Source: Octopus vulgaris (Eukaryota). Taken from it: a DNA stretch of 64,000 nucleotides. The notes beneath the pieces are model-generated. The model made no database searches. It had not been told where the DNA came from and was given only the letters and a program-made list of their open reading frames with translations. The number at the start of each line of letters is the position of its first letter. The first letter of the stretch is position 1. The stretch spans positions 147,312,001-147,376,000 of the forward strand of contig OX597816.1 in assembly GCA_951406725.2 (NCBI GenBank), in the 5' to 3' direction. Shown one piece after another: positions 1 through 12,971 of the stretch. Position numbers and translations under genes: made by a program.

Positions 1-169
1 ATATAGACTTCTGTGCCTATTTCGACGGCATGCAACGATACTGAGAAAATGGCCTGGTTTAGTTGTTCTGCTCTATGAGCTATAAATTTATATGTCAGAC
101 TTGTTTCACAGCCTTTTAGCAGATATCTAATGCAATTGGCAGCAGAACTGGAGAATTCCCATTTCTGCG

Positions 170-342
170 AGTCGATGTGTGGAGGCACTTCTAAGAAAGG
201 ACCCTAGGAAGGGGGAGCAAATAAAAATAATTTGGCCCATAACACTGCTGAAAGCAATTTTGGCCAAGGTGTTAGCAAAGAAGCTGGTACTTATCGGGGA
301 ACTGATAAGTGATTCACAAGCATGCGCAAACCCAAGATAATA
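170..342 (+). mobile_element. Degenerate L1/Tx1-like LINE, N-terminal RT fragment
   Basis: Frameshifted translation gives LLRKDPRKG..IKNN..PITLL..ILAKVLAKKL..IGELISDSQACA, matching the L1/Tx1 RT motif RPITLLN.DYKILAKVLA.RL....I...Q. Confidence 0.65.
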
Positions 343-574
343 TACTTGCCGTAGACGTCAGAGTGGTTGTTGTATTTCTAGGGTTTTCAGGAACAGTACA
401 TGGAAGTTTCCCTCTTTTGGGGATTTAATTGTTATAATTTTATTGTTTTCTATTTTGAAATGCAACACTATTTGTGTTGTCTTGTCCCTAATTTCTTACA
501 TGAACATTATGTAGTGAATTTTAAAAAAATTATTATTATCAGGCAAAATTCATAGCACCATTCCATCCTTCTCG

Positions 575-718
575 GTCTGAGTTCAAATTCCGGTGAGGTC
601 GACTTTACCTTTCAGCCTTTCGAGGCCGATAAATTAAGTATCAGTTGAACACTGGGGTCCATGTAATCGACTGACCCCGTCCACGAGCTTCCAGACCTGG
701 TATGAAATTTTGAAACCA
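575..718 (+). mobile_element. 5'-truncated tRNA-derived SINE (MetaSINE-like body), followed by an (ATC/ATT)n tail
   Basis: B-box GAGTTCAAATTCC, then GAGGTCGACTTTACCTTTCAGCCTTTCGAGG..GATAAATTAAGTATCAG; same family as 1437, 6068, 41993 and 53292. Confidence 0.8.
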
Positions 719-733
719 TTATCATCATCATCA

Positions 734-774
<41 letters not shown>

Positions 775-777
<3 letters not shown>

Positions 778-1381
778 TAGTTTTATTTTTATTTTTATAG
801 CGTGCTTTCACTTCACTACCGAGCGCAGCTCTGTGTGCCTTGGGTATGTGCTGTGATTTGTTGTGATGCTCTGATGGTTATTGTATGGAAAGTGTTCTGC
901 GTAGGATGTGGGCAGTGCCTAGTAGTGCAATTTTCTGTATGTTATATGTGTTTGTAAGTCCTGGTGTTTTTGTTATGTATTTGTCTGAATATTTTTTTAT
1001 CATGCCTAATGCACCTACTATGATAGGAATTGTTTCTGTTTTCAGATTCCACATTCTAGTTACCTCTATTTCCAAGTCTTTGTATTTTGAGAGTTTCTCC
1101 ATTTCTTTTAGAGACACGTTGTCATCTGCCGGTATTGATACATCAATTAAAAAGCATTTTTTTCTTCATGATCTCTGACAACTATATCTGGTCTGTTGGC
1201 CTTAATTTCTCTATCTGTGTGTATCGGCATATCCCAGAGTATGGTTGCTTTCTCGTTTTCTGTGACCTTTTCTGGTGTGTGCCTATACCATCTTTTTTCT
1301 GTTGTTATTCCATAATGTTGGCATAGCTTCCAATGTATGTAGGTTCCAACTCTGTCATGTCTGTGAATATATTCCTTCTTC

Positions 1382-1382
<1 letters not shown>
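775..1382 (-). mobile_element. R4/Dong-like non-LTR retrotransposon 3' fragment (RLE endonuclease plus 3'UTR), family C
   Basis: ORF 878-1117 EKLSKYKDLEIEVTRMWNLKTETIPIIVGALG..IQKIALLGTAHILRR; upstream frames give WDMPIHTDREIKANRPDI and RHDRVG; bounded by (TTA)n on both sides. Confidence 0.9.
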
Positions 1383-1425
<43 letters not shown>

Positions 1426-1436
1426 TTTATTATTTA

Positions 1437-1630
1437 GAAGGCGGTGAGCTGGCAGAAATGCTTAGCGGTATTTCGTCTGCCGCTATGTTCTGCGTTCAAA
1501 TTCCACCGAGGTCAGTATTGCCTTCCATCCTTTCCGGATCAATAAATGAAGTACCCGTGGAAGACTGGGATCGATGTAATCGGCTAGTCCCCTCCCCCAA
1601 AATTACATACCTTGTGCCATTAGTAGAAAT
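1437..1630 (+). mobile_element. tRNA-derived SINE (MetaSINE-like), type-2 tail
   Basis: GGCGGTGAGCTGGCAGAA A-box, GTTCAAATTCC B-box, GCCTTCCATCCTTTCCGG..ATAAATGAAGTACC body, CCTTGTGCC..AGTAGAAA tail. Confidence 0.85.
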
Positions 1631-1664
1631 TATTATTATTATTGTTGTTGTTGTTGTTGTTATT

Positions 1665-2203
1665 ATATGTTTGACTTTTGCTTTATGTCTGTACAAGTTG
1701 GCTCCAAGTCTCACCCAGAGACCTCAAGAGACAACAGGTTGGAAGTTCACGTTGTTGTTATGCCTAGTGTGCCATACATTTGTTTTCTTTTTGGTGTTGT
1801 ACTAGTGAATGTCTAATAAATAAATTTTAAAAAAAAGTTTGTTTTAAACCTTGGGATTACATAGAGAGTATTTTGCGTAGGATATGAGCAGTTCCCATAA
1901 GCACTATCTTTTGAATTTCTGCCATTTTGGGGTTTCCTGGTATCTGAGTCAGGTAGCAATCAGTCCCTTTCGCTATCGTTCCCAGGGCACCTATGACAAC
2001 AGGTATTGTTTTAGTCTTCAGCTTCAACATTTTGCCGTTTTCTATTTCAAGATCTTTATATTTGCTCAGTTTTTGGTAGGTCTTGACAGATACGTTTATA
2101 TCGATTGGGACAGTCGATGAGGAGGCATGTTCTTTGTCTGAAGTCTTTCAATATGATGTCTGGCCTATTTGCATGTATCTTTCTGTCAGTTTGAATGGTG
2201 AAA
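1665..2203 (-). mobile_element. R4/Dong-like LINE 3' fragment, family B
   Basis: NFTIQTDRKIHANRPDIILKDFRQRTCLLID; 3'UTR and ORF closely match 47424-47985; flanked by (TTA/TTG)n. Confidence 0.9.
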
Positions 2204-2239
2204 TTATTATTATTTTTATTATTATTATTTTTATTATTA

Positions 2240-2288
<49 letters not shown>

Positions 2289-2292
2289 TATT

Positions 2293-2780
2293 AATCTGCA
2301 TGTATGTTACAGTCACTTGCCGAGACACATCCAGCGTCTTTGGGCGAGTGAAGGATAAGAGAATTTACAGTATGACTGAAACCTTATGGAGGGGAGGTAG
2401 TGAAATATCTTCATGCAATACAACACAGACATTTAAATGGATAGAGTTTTTCTAAAGATGTGGGAAATACTTGTCGGCACAGTCTTTTGGATTTCTCTGA
2501 AACATGGTTCTTCTGGGACCTTATCTCGATGTTTCTGACATCCCTTTTTTTCTCATACCTATGGCATCTACAATAACAGGAACAGTTCTCGTTTTAAGAT
2601 GCCACATCTTTTATATTTCAATTTTCAGGTCCTTATATTTACTTAGTTTGTCAAATTCCTTCACAGATATATTTTCTATTAGTGGGAACACTTACATCTA
2701 TTAGTATACAAGTCTTTTCTTCCCCGTCTTTAATGAGTACGTTTGGCTGATTAGCCTCGATCGTTCTATTTCCATGTCTT
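2293..2780 (-). mobile_element. Degenerate R4/Dong-like LINE 3' fragment, family D
   Basis: RTIEANQPNVLIKDGEEKTCILIDVSVP; other frame gives KEFDKLSKYKDLKIEI..MWHLKTRTVPVIVDAIG. Confidence 0.75.
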
Positions 2781-3387
2781 GCCGATATCTGCCTGACACC
2801 TAGGGCAGAGAAATGTATTGTATACATTGGTAGGCCATTAAAACAAACACACAAGATTGCTCATTTACAAACTCATGTGATAGAGAAAAGGGAGGAAGAC
2901 AGAGAGGGAAACGAGAAAATAATAAAAACATAAAATAAAGGGTGGAAACGAAAGAAAATTCACAGCGACAATGCTCTTCTCGATACGTGTGACGTACAAG
3001 TTAAGATAATCTTTTGCACTTTCTACATCGACGCTAAGCAAGGGATTATTCTTAAATAATTTTCAATTCCATTTTTTTTTATCATTCCAAGTGCGCCTAC
3101 AATCACTGGCATTGTAACCGACTTGAAATGACACGTCTTTTCTATTTCGATTAGCATTATATTTTCTGAGCTTATCAAATTCTTTTTCCTAGATATTATG
3201 GTCACAGGGTATGCTCATGTCAATCAATAAACAGACTTTATTGTTTTGACGTTTCACAACAATATTACATTTTCTCCCTCAGTTACAGCCGCAGGCAGGG
3301 AGCTTGTACTATTTGTCAGCAGTTTTGATGTTATAATGCCGAAACATTATCCAATGTAGACATTGGCCAACTCTGTCATGTCTTGAT
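2781..3387 (-). mobile_element. Degenerate R4/Dong-like LINE 3' fragment, family A
   Basis: LIEIEKTCHFKSVTMPVIVGALGMIKK; 3'UTR CCTAGGGCA..GTATACATTGGTAGGCCATTAAA shared with 46330-46395; ends at (ATC)n. Confidence 0.8.
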
Positions 3388-3689
3388 TATCATCATCATC
3401 ATCGTTGCTGCTGCTGATGATGATGATGTTGCCCCCTTTTAAATCGCTCGCGTGTTTTTCATGTAACTCTGTTAAAAAGGTAACTACCTATGTGTTTACT
3501 CTGTTTTGTTACTAAACTGACCTGAATCCTAAAGAACTGTTCAATTACGTTTTTGTTTTGTCACTTTGGGATTAAATCTATTCTTTTTCTAGAATTAAAC
3601 CACTTGAAAATACAAAAACATACATGGTGTCGCAAATGGAGAGAAGGGATGGTTTTTGAAACTGAAAATATAAAACAATTTCCCACAGC

Positions 3690-4700
3690 CTAACATATAG
3701 CCGCAACGGGAACAACCAACTGCCAGAACATTACGGCGTGGTAGTGAAAGTCGTAGAAAGTAGCAGGAAAGAATGACGACTTTCTAGGAGATGCTCAGGC
3801 GTCAGTTTTTTTTCTCGAAGAAATTCGAGCCGGGGCCCCATAGATAATTTCCATAAATCTTTGACTAGGTAGTGCTACAGAGTGTGGAGAAACTTATGGG
3901 TATAGAAGTGTCACTAACCGGTCCTTCTCGAGATTGCCGCAGAGCGATTAAAACTGTTTTGTACGCGCTCTCCTCTGCCTGAGTATTGTTGTCTCATTGA
4001 ATTGGGTCAAACACCTAATATCACTAGTAGGACTGATCCGGCTATCAGATAAGTATATAGTAAACAATATACCCAGCGCCTTAGTTTTTGCAGAGAATAG
4101 GCAGTTTTTTTTTACCTGTCTGTTGGCCTTCACATGCTACCACTCCTGCTTGGGCAATCATCTTTTAGTCATCTTCTTCTCTCACTCTTCGGGGGCATGT
4201 TCAGAGCAGATGCTTCGACCTAGACTATCCTTAAAACTCACACTTAGCTTTGAGAAATTTGCTGGATAACAACATTCTTTCTACACCCTCATTTTCTGAC
4301 AGGATTGAAACAAATGCATTCAACTTTAGTCACGCCCTCTTCAACTTTTTGAAGTCTCAATTGTGAAAGAAAAGGAAGGTGTAGAAATAATGTTGTATTC
4401 AAGCAAATTTCTTAAAGCTAAGTGTGAGTTTTATGGATAGTTTGGTTCAGAGCATCTGCTCTGAACGTGCCTCCGAAGATTGAGAGAAGAGAATGGCTAA
4501 AAGGTGATTGCCCAAACGGGAGGGGTAACCTTAGTTTCGAGGAGTTTCTCTGAATAATCTCGGAAATCTCCTCCTTCGGGTGGGGAATATTTCTTGTTTG
4601 AATTTTTTATGTCTGTGCTTTCAATATTTTACTGGTTACACGACTTTAGTAACTCCACGTTCTATGTTTTTGTGTACACTTAGAGGTTAATAAAGGAAAC
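3690..4700 (+). mobile_element. L1/Tx1-like LINE ORF2 C-terminus and 3'UTR, with an internal inverted copy
   Basis: Degenerate C-terminal zinc-knuckle region, then WVKHLISLVGLIRLS..IVNNIP and LFNFLKSQL.KK..VE..L.SSKFLK, similar to the ORF at 16642-16950; ends near AATAAAGGAAAC. Confidence 0.65.
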
Positions 4701-5132
4701 AATATAATAGTTATTATTATCCCGGCGTGGTCTACGTTGCTTTTCACTCCCCCAGTGCCGTAATAAAAGTGTCAATGGAGTAATGAGGTCTACGTAATCG
4801 ATCACGACCTCTCGCAAAATGTGTACATATCAGAAATCATTTTTATTAATATACGGAATGAATAAATAGTTATTGCTATTATTATACAAGAAGTAGTGGG
4901 AGTCAAAAAATGATCAGAGCATTTGATAAAAGTAGTAGCACAATTTACTAACTTCCATTACATTAAGTGTTCAAAATGCACTGCTGTTTACACTCATTCT
5001 ATCGGGACGATAAAGACAGAACCAGTCAAGTATTTCCGTTGATTTGCCTAGCAATATCTTTATCATCCGAGAAAAATAATTCTTTGTGATTAAGTTATAA
5101 ATCTGCATTATTGCTCTTATTCATATTCCAAC

Positions 5133-5178
5133 TCTTCTTCTTCTTCTTCTTCTTCTCCTCCTCCTTCTTCTTTCTTTA

Positions 5179-5253
<75 letters not shown>

Positions 5254-5320
5254 CATCATCATTATTATTATTTCCACCATCACTATTATAGTAATCATCG
5301 TCATTATTGCCATCATCACC
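5133..5320. repeat. (TTC)n/(TTA)n/(ATC)n compound microsatellite
   Basis: Direct reading. Confidence 0.95.
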
Positions 5321-6067
5321 ATTATCCCTGACTCTATTTCAAAGAGTATATATCGCCAAAAACTATATTGTGAAGCCATATAATCGCCACTTTTACAACC
5401 AACATTATGCCATCTATTATGAGGCCCTTTAGCTGCAAATGTCTCTTTTATGAGTTTCTCCTTGGAAACAAGATGCCGTTTTTGATCATATGACAAACAT
5501 GTAACTCAGCGCAATTTACGATTCTATAACGGTAATTGCTGTTCACGTCAATGCCGTTGTAATAATACATAGCTTTCTTCCCTTTTCCCCTCCTTCTATT
5601 TGTATGATAATAGCAATTGCATTATTACAATTGATTTATTATAAATACCTTGTTACAATTGCATTGTGAGGAATATTTACTTCAATACTTATAATTGGCT
5701 ATATTTCTGGCAGTCTTCTAATAGTAGAAAAACTTTTTGCTATAGCTAACGAGATATTTTATAGAAAATATTCAGTATATTAGCGTTGCTAATATGCAGT
5801 GCATTTGCGCAGAATGTAGAGTATCATTCTAAATGTTTAAGGTGTATAAATCGGTGACTAACATGACTAACATGCCTACAATGTCTATATTCAAACTGTG
5901 ATGGGATATAATTAGCCCTAATGTTCCATCCACAAATAATCGAACTGTTTGTTCAGATGTACATAAAAACTTACTGTAAGGTGAAAGGATGTTATACTGA
6001 AAGCAAACAAACAAACCAAGAGAGTATAAGGAGCTACTTCTTTTGCTAAGCAAGGGACAACGGTTCT

Positions 6068-6485
6068 TATTTCTTTATTGCACACAAAGGGCTAAACATA
6101 GAGGGGACAAACAAGGACAGACAAACGGATTAAGTTGATTATATCGACCCCAGTGCGTAACTGGTACTTATTTAATCGACGCCGAACGGATGAAAGGCAA
6201 AGTCGACCTCGGCGGAATTTGAACTCAGAATGTAGAGACAGACGAAATACCTATTCCTTTACTACCCACAAGGGGCTAAACACAGAGAGGACAAACAAGG
6301 ACAGACAAACAGATTAAGTCAAGTATATGGGCCCCAATGCGTAACTGGTACTTATTTAATCGGCCCCGAAAGGATGAAAGGCAACGTCAACTTCGGCGGA
6401 ATTTGAACTCAGAACGTAGAGACAGACGAAATACCGCTAAGCATTTCGCCCAGCGTGATAACGTTTTTGCCAGCTCGCTGCCTTA
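6068..6485 (-). mobile_element. Dimeric tRNA-derived SINE (MetaSINE-like) with Tx1-like tails and 17-bp target-site duplication
   Basis: Two tandem units; CAAGGGACAACGGTTCT at both 6051-6067 and 6486-6502. Confidence 0.92.
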
Positions 6486-6561
6486 CAAGGGACAACGGTT
6501 CTGTGGTTAAGTGTCGAATGGAAGCGCAAACCTCTCCCACAAGCCAAAGTATGAAACTGAA

Positions 6562-6614
<53 letters not shown>

Positions 6615-6769
6615 TGTGTGTATGTGCGCGTGCGTGCCGGTGTGTTTGTGAGTGTACATGTGTACATGTGTTCCCTACATTCTCTTTTCAAAAACGGAGT
6701 TATTTATATGATTATATTTTGGGGAGGGAATTTATCAATAAATCATAGACTTTAAAATTTTGTAGGGCT

Positions 6770-6900
6770 ATTGTTTTGGGGAAGAAGAGAAGAGGAAAAA
6801 AGGGGATGTGGCTAATTCCGATCAAAAGGGATCGTGAAAAAAATGGGAGGATTCCGATCAAAAATGATCGTGAAAAAAAAGTGGGATCAATAGGGATCGT
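6770..6900 (-). mobile_element. 3'UTR fragment of Tx1-like LINE
   Basis: Repeated GATCAAAAGGGATCGT / GATCAATAGGGATCGT motifs, also present at 16378-16480 in the Tx1-like 3'UTR; abuts (GATA)n 6901-6962. Confidence 0.6.
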
Positions 6901-6901
6901 G

Positions 6902-6953
<52 letters not shown>

Positions 6954-9900
6954 CAGATAGATGCTAGACAGAAGTCAATCAAGATTTGATACTAGCAACT
7001 TCTTTTGACACATCCAACATTGATGATATTCTAGAGTAATGAAGTTTGTATCTAAATAAAGCAATGATTTATATAAAATGGGGAATGGAAACAAGCACCT
7101 TTATTCGTATAATTGCTTAGAATTCAGTAAGATCTTCACACGATGTATATTCAACAATATTGCATTAAAAGCTAGACTAAGTGACAAAATTTCAAATGTA
7201 AATCAGTAAATATTGCCGAATCGCGTCAAAGAACAAATTTTATTCGAACATAAAAAGAGATGTCTGTATCAGCTACCAGTTAATTTGAGGGAAACTTAAA
7301 TAAATTGTCAAATCACACGTGAAACTAAAATAATATAGTAACTTAAGAATCTGTACTAGACGTAATTCACTTTCGTTTTATTTGTTGTTGTTGTTATTAT
7401 TATTATTACACTTATTATTGTTGTTGTTATTATTATTATTTTATTTTTTTCGTTCGGATTTAGTTATTCTAACGAGAATTTAAAGTTTCGTTTTAGCATT
7501 ACATTAACAGCTAAATTTGCCGAACCTTTGAATGTTATATATATTTATTGTATCGTAATCAAATTATACGCTGGCAAATGTCATAAATCTACTTTGTTTT
7601 GTAGCAAACCAAAAGATATTGAAAACCTAATGAAAAGGATATTCAAATTTTCTCATAGAAATGGAAATTCTCCGTGTATTTCGCTGTTATTGATTACAAA
7701 ACTTCATTCGTTAACTTTTCTAACCCAACTGACTTTTTTGATATAAACACCAATTTCCATCACAAGAAGTGCATTAGAACAATGTAATACGCAGTAACCG
7801 TTTCGAATCTCGGTATAGTTTTACTGCCTAACAATAGGAAAATATGTTTTCCTCAATTGTATTTGAAATGAAACTAAACACTTATTGATTAACATATTCT
7901 TTCGAAGCTATTTTCCTGCCTGTTACACGTGATTGATGAAGTAGCACTAGAAACAGGAAAATATATCTGAATAATTTTAAGGCTACTCTAATTAGAAAAA
8001 ATATGAATATTACAAGATGTGTTAAACGATATTATAGTTTCAGAAAAAGATTACTGTTCTTCATAAATGTGATTGAACAGATAGTATGGTACTTTTGGAG
8101 GAGTAATTATGTTTTAGGTCTATAGCTACAATTAAAATGCCTGGTACTGTTCGAATCAATGACACTAGAACATGCTCAGTTAAAATAAAATGTAATTATG
8201 AAAAACAGTCAGCGCAACATACACTGATATACGTTTTGATTTTAGAATATAATTATCGTAGGCAGATTCTTTTCTTTTCTTCTTGCATCATTGTTATTCA
8301 ACCTCTTCTGACCAAATTGCACAAATATAAAACTAAGTAGTATGGAGAGTGAAATGGAGATGTGACACCTGTCTCCATTGTTGAAACTTTATATTTCCCG
8401 AAATATTTTGTCTTCTAGCAAATATCAGTTGTTACTTTAAATATTTATTTTTATATCCGCATGACAAGACTATTATCTTTTGAGTACTCATACTATATAC
8501 ATAGTTTTATTTTTTGTCTGTCAGCATTAGCAGATGTTATGAAGAATTCGAAAAGAAAATATGCGAATAATTATTATAAATACCTACAAGTGGTATGAAT
8601 TATTTTCCTTCACTTTTGTTGTTGTTATTGTTAGGTAAAATGTTTTATGCTCTTGATATTATTCAGCCCAAGGTCAACCATAATTGAGCAGGTATACATT
8701 GAAACGCGCTCTGGTGATTTCCGTCCCATTATTTTGAGTGTTAATATGTTAGTAGTGCAGTCAGTCGTAATCATGGAACACAGAGTGCAAAATAGAGTAT
8801 GTATTTGGGCATGTACACAGGAATATATATATAGGAGAAGCTATGTGTGTCTCTGAGCCAACGAATACTGAAGGTCGGATTATAAAATTTCACATGTGCA
8901 GCCTAACATGAGGAACAAAATAAACAGCCGATGCATCCAATACCACTCATAGCAGACACGCAGAAGTACGTTAACAGCAAATGGAATGAAACTACCGGCG
9001 TCTACTGAATTCAAACAAGGCAGATGGATGTGTTAGCACCGAAGTCGAAGGGCTTGTAACTAACGGGGAAAGCAATTGAATCACCTGAAGAAATACAACT
9101 GAATCCCACTATACACGTAAACCGTTCCATAATCAAATTCCCCTATATATATAGAGCTATGTTGTATGGAAACACGTATCATGATTGAAAAATTACTCTC
9201 CCACCGTACTCCTTCTTGTTGGCTTTGTCTTATTCAATATATATATTCATACATTTATTCTATGTCACCTCTCATATACCGGTGTTGTTTTCGAAGCCGT
9301 TCCATCATTTTGTTTTGTAGGAACTGTATACTCCAATATACCTTGCGAAATGGTGAGAGCATGTGCTTCCATAAAAATGTACCAGCTACTTCTTGGAACT
9401 CCATAGAGAACTTAGACCTCCCATTTTCAGACAACAATTTATAATTTTATCGACTTGATGATGGCAATCTTGTCGATAACTTATATTCAGTTTTATAGCT
9501 GTCCTGACATCTTAAGTGTTACTCTCATTGTTCTTTATCCTATCAAACACACCAATTGGACTTTCAGTGGTTAATGGACTTTGTAGACACAGCTCCAAAG
9601 AATCGCATACAGGCACACACGCACATTTTCACAAACGCACACTAGCAAACATACATGGGTATAGAGAAGAAGGAAACCGGAAAGATAGAGTGGCATGACA
9701 ATGGATTCCATTGGATGGAATAATAGACGTTAAATATTCGTTTCTAGGAAGACATATACGCATATAAGTATGTTTGGATGCAGATATATTTATATCTATA
9801 GGCACATACATATATGTATACAAACATGTACGTACATATATATATGTATAATTATAGATAAATATGCATATACACATCCTTCTATAGGTAAACATACATG

Positions 9901-9946
<46 letters not shown>

Positions 9947-10064
9947 CTTGCATGGGCTTCTTTCCAGGGTTTGTATTCGCATTCATTCATTATACTGGTA
10001 CACGAGATTTAGCCAATGATCTAGACGCTATATTCTTCTATATATGCTGTGACCTGCCCGCGCC

Positions 10065-10112
<48 letters not shown>

Positions 10113-11077
10113 TTATTTATATGCGTTTGTATGCATGTAGTTTGAGTACATATTTGTTTGTATGTATATGTGTGTGTATATTTGTGTCTCTGTGCGTGCG
10201 TGCGTGTGAGTATACAGAATTATCTTCTTCCAAAACTATACCGGTTATTCAACTATTTAGTAAGAGGTATATTATTTATCTTTTTTCTATGATATTTTCC
10301 AATTTATACTTGCTTATCCGCAATTGATTTTATATTGTCCTTGTGATTTTTTTCTTGAACTCCTTTAGTTTGTAAACATTCCAGAAAAATGTTTTAATGA
10401 GGAAGGCAATTTGAATATAACATTTCTTTGCAGTTTGAAGTATTCCTTTTTCTTTTTCGTGTCTTTCGTATATCTTTTTTGTGTATTGTATGTATGTATA
10501 AATCACGTTTATACATTTGTGTTAGCGAGTGATTGATATATATTGATTTCGCTTCAATTGAATTCTTTAGAAGATATACGTACATATCCTAATGATGTTT
10601 ATTTGTTTTATACTCAATTCAAACGTTGTATAGGAATGTATGTGCATCGTTTGTTTGTGAAAATTATATATTATAAACAGACCCCCAAAACTATCTAATA
10701 TAATGTTGTCACAATATTTTATTATAATTTATGTATTAATTTATTGACGCACAGTTTCATCTTAAACAATCTTGTACATTCACATATTCACGGACACTAT
10801 ACAAAAATACTCTTTCATTTGAATACAGATAAACACACAGAAACACACACACACGCACACACTCAAACACACATACACACATATGTATGTATACATGTAT
10901 GCATGAATGTATGTAGAAATGTATGTATGCCTATGTTTCCAAACAAAAAAAGAGCACTTGAAATGTTATTTAGAGAATATATATGATGGTACATTTTCAA
11001 CTGACAACATACCTATAAAAGCATACGCATATAGATGCACGTGTAGGGACGTGCGCATGTAGATGCATATATACATA

Positions 11078-11122
<45 letters not shown>

Positions 11123-11179
11123 ACATCTATGCATACATATATTTTACATATATGTATATATATATATTTTACATATATG

Positions 11180-11245
<66 letters not shown>

Positions 11246-11539
11246 CATACATATTTATAATATATTAGGGAATGACAAGTATTCCAGGTTATCAGGAAGT
11301 TTACTAATTTACACTTTTCTAATGAGATGTAAAATGTGTGTTTTATAATATTATTATTACAAATTTGAGATATTTACCAATAGATAAGCAACTCCAACTT
11401 CAGGATCACCTCATGGTGTGGTATACGCAGAGAAAATTAAAACAAATGAAATAATTAAAATGGCTTAAAATAAAATTAGTTAAATAAATATATTATGCCT
11501 GTTATTAATATGTGGGGAAAGAAGTTAGTACAAGTACTC

Positions 11540-11617
11540 GCTACACGTGTTTCCGCGCTGATGGGGTGCGTATTAAGGCTAGACTTAATACATAAATACA
11601 CCAGTGCGTCTTCTTGC
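11540..11617 (-). ncRNA. Degenerate hammerhead-ribozyme-like motif in PLE pLTR
   Basis: Minus strand: GC AAGAAGA CGCACTGGTG..CATCAGCGCG GAAAC ACGT GTA GC; long stem II and palindromic stem III, but the core CUGA is mutated. Confidence 0.5.
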
Positions 11618-12379
11618 TACGTATATCATTATTATTATGTACGGGTAAATGTTTAAAATTAAAAGTTTTAAAAAATATACTAAAAATAAAAATTAAATAT
11701 ATTTTAAAATATTAAATATAATTACCATATATATCGAAAATGCTCTACCTAAGGAAATTCTAACGATTAAATTAGAAACATATTAAATCTTATAATATAT
11801 CTAAATAAATATTATAGAAATTATATTACTTGTAATATTTTAGTGTAAATTATACCCCTTTCCATACTAGTATAATAAAACATATTTTATTTTGAATGCG
11901 AGCTAATAGTCTAGAATAAAGATTAATTAGTAAATACAACTGCTTACGTTAGAAACTTAGTGAATAAAAGAAGTAAAAAAAGATATATTACTTTATAACA
12001 TAAGGTTTATTCCTGCAAGTTCAAGAGCAAATGGCTGCTCCCACAGTCAGACCCTAAGTATTATGGGAATTGTGTATAAGATAAAAGAATAAAATACTCT
12101 GAAAATAATATTATAAGAGAGGTTGAAGTCAAGGGCAGATAATAACTAGAAATGGGACTATTATCGTAAAGCTAGCTATGGATGGAGTTTTAAAGTGTTG
12201 TAGATTTTGAGATTTATGTTACATAAATGCGGCTCGACTACTCATTCAAAGGTAATATTGTCCAATAAATACTCAGTTCCTAGCATATACGTACACAATA
12301 CTAGCACAAATACTATTAAAACTTCTAGCAACTATACTCATCATAACTGTGTGGAGATGACATGCTGTTTTCTTTTATA

Positions 12380-12830
12380 TTATATATTCTTCATTTTGTT
12401 ATACGTAAAGCTATTCCTATGTTGGCATTTCCTTCCTCTGTCTTCATTAGTGTTTGATAATAACTCTCTCGACTGGAGTATTTTCATAAACTCTGTTGTA
12501 TATAATAAGCACGTTTTTTTATTTATTTTCGCTCTACAAATAAGATACCAATTAAAGGTGCATTCTATTTTATTAGATTTTAACTCCCACATATATTTAC
12601 TTATACCTGTAAAATCTTTTAATTTAGGATTTTTGAAAGACTGGTAATGCTCGGAAATACTTCTTTTAATTTCGTTCGCTGTGGATCCAATATATTCTTT
12701 ATTATTAATATTGTTATTATTACTATTAGAGGTTACTATACATTTATAAAATACATTATCTAGATTGCAAATATTTTTAAGCCTACATTTGGATTTGTCT
12801 TTACATATGCTTAGATTAATAACAGGTAAG
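12380..12830 (-). pseudogene. Penelope-type GIY-YIG endonuclease domain (open frame of about 150 codons, no start or RT)
   Basis: Manual extension of ORF 12380-12592: CKDKSKCRLKNICNLDNVFYKCIV..KEYIGST..IKRSISEHYQSFKN..FTGISKYMWELK..NWYLICRA..CLL..E..IL..LSNTNE..KCQH. Confidence 0.88.
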
Positions 12831-12971
12831 TTATATTTAACTAATTTTATTTTATGTTAGTTTAATCATCTTATTTCATTTAATTTTCTCTGCGTATACC
12901 ATACCATGAGGTTATCCTGAAATAGGAGTCGCTTATCTATTGGTAAATATCTCAAATTTGTAATAAAATAT

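Noticed and set aside
7451-7525. Long imperfect hairpin
   Set aside because: Large asymmetric bulges and AT-rich pairing, with no family resemblance.
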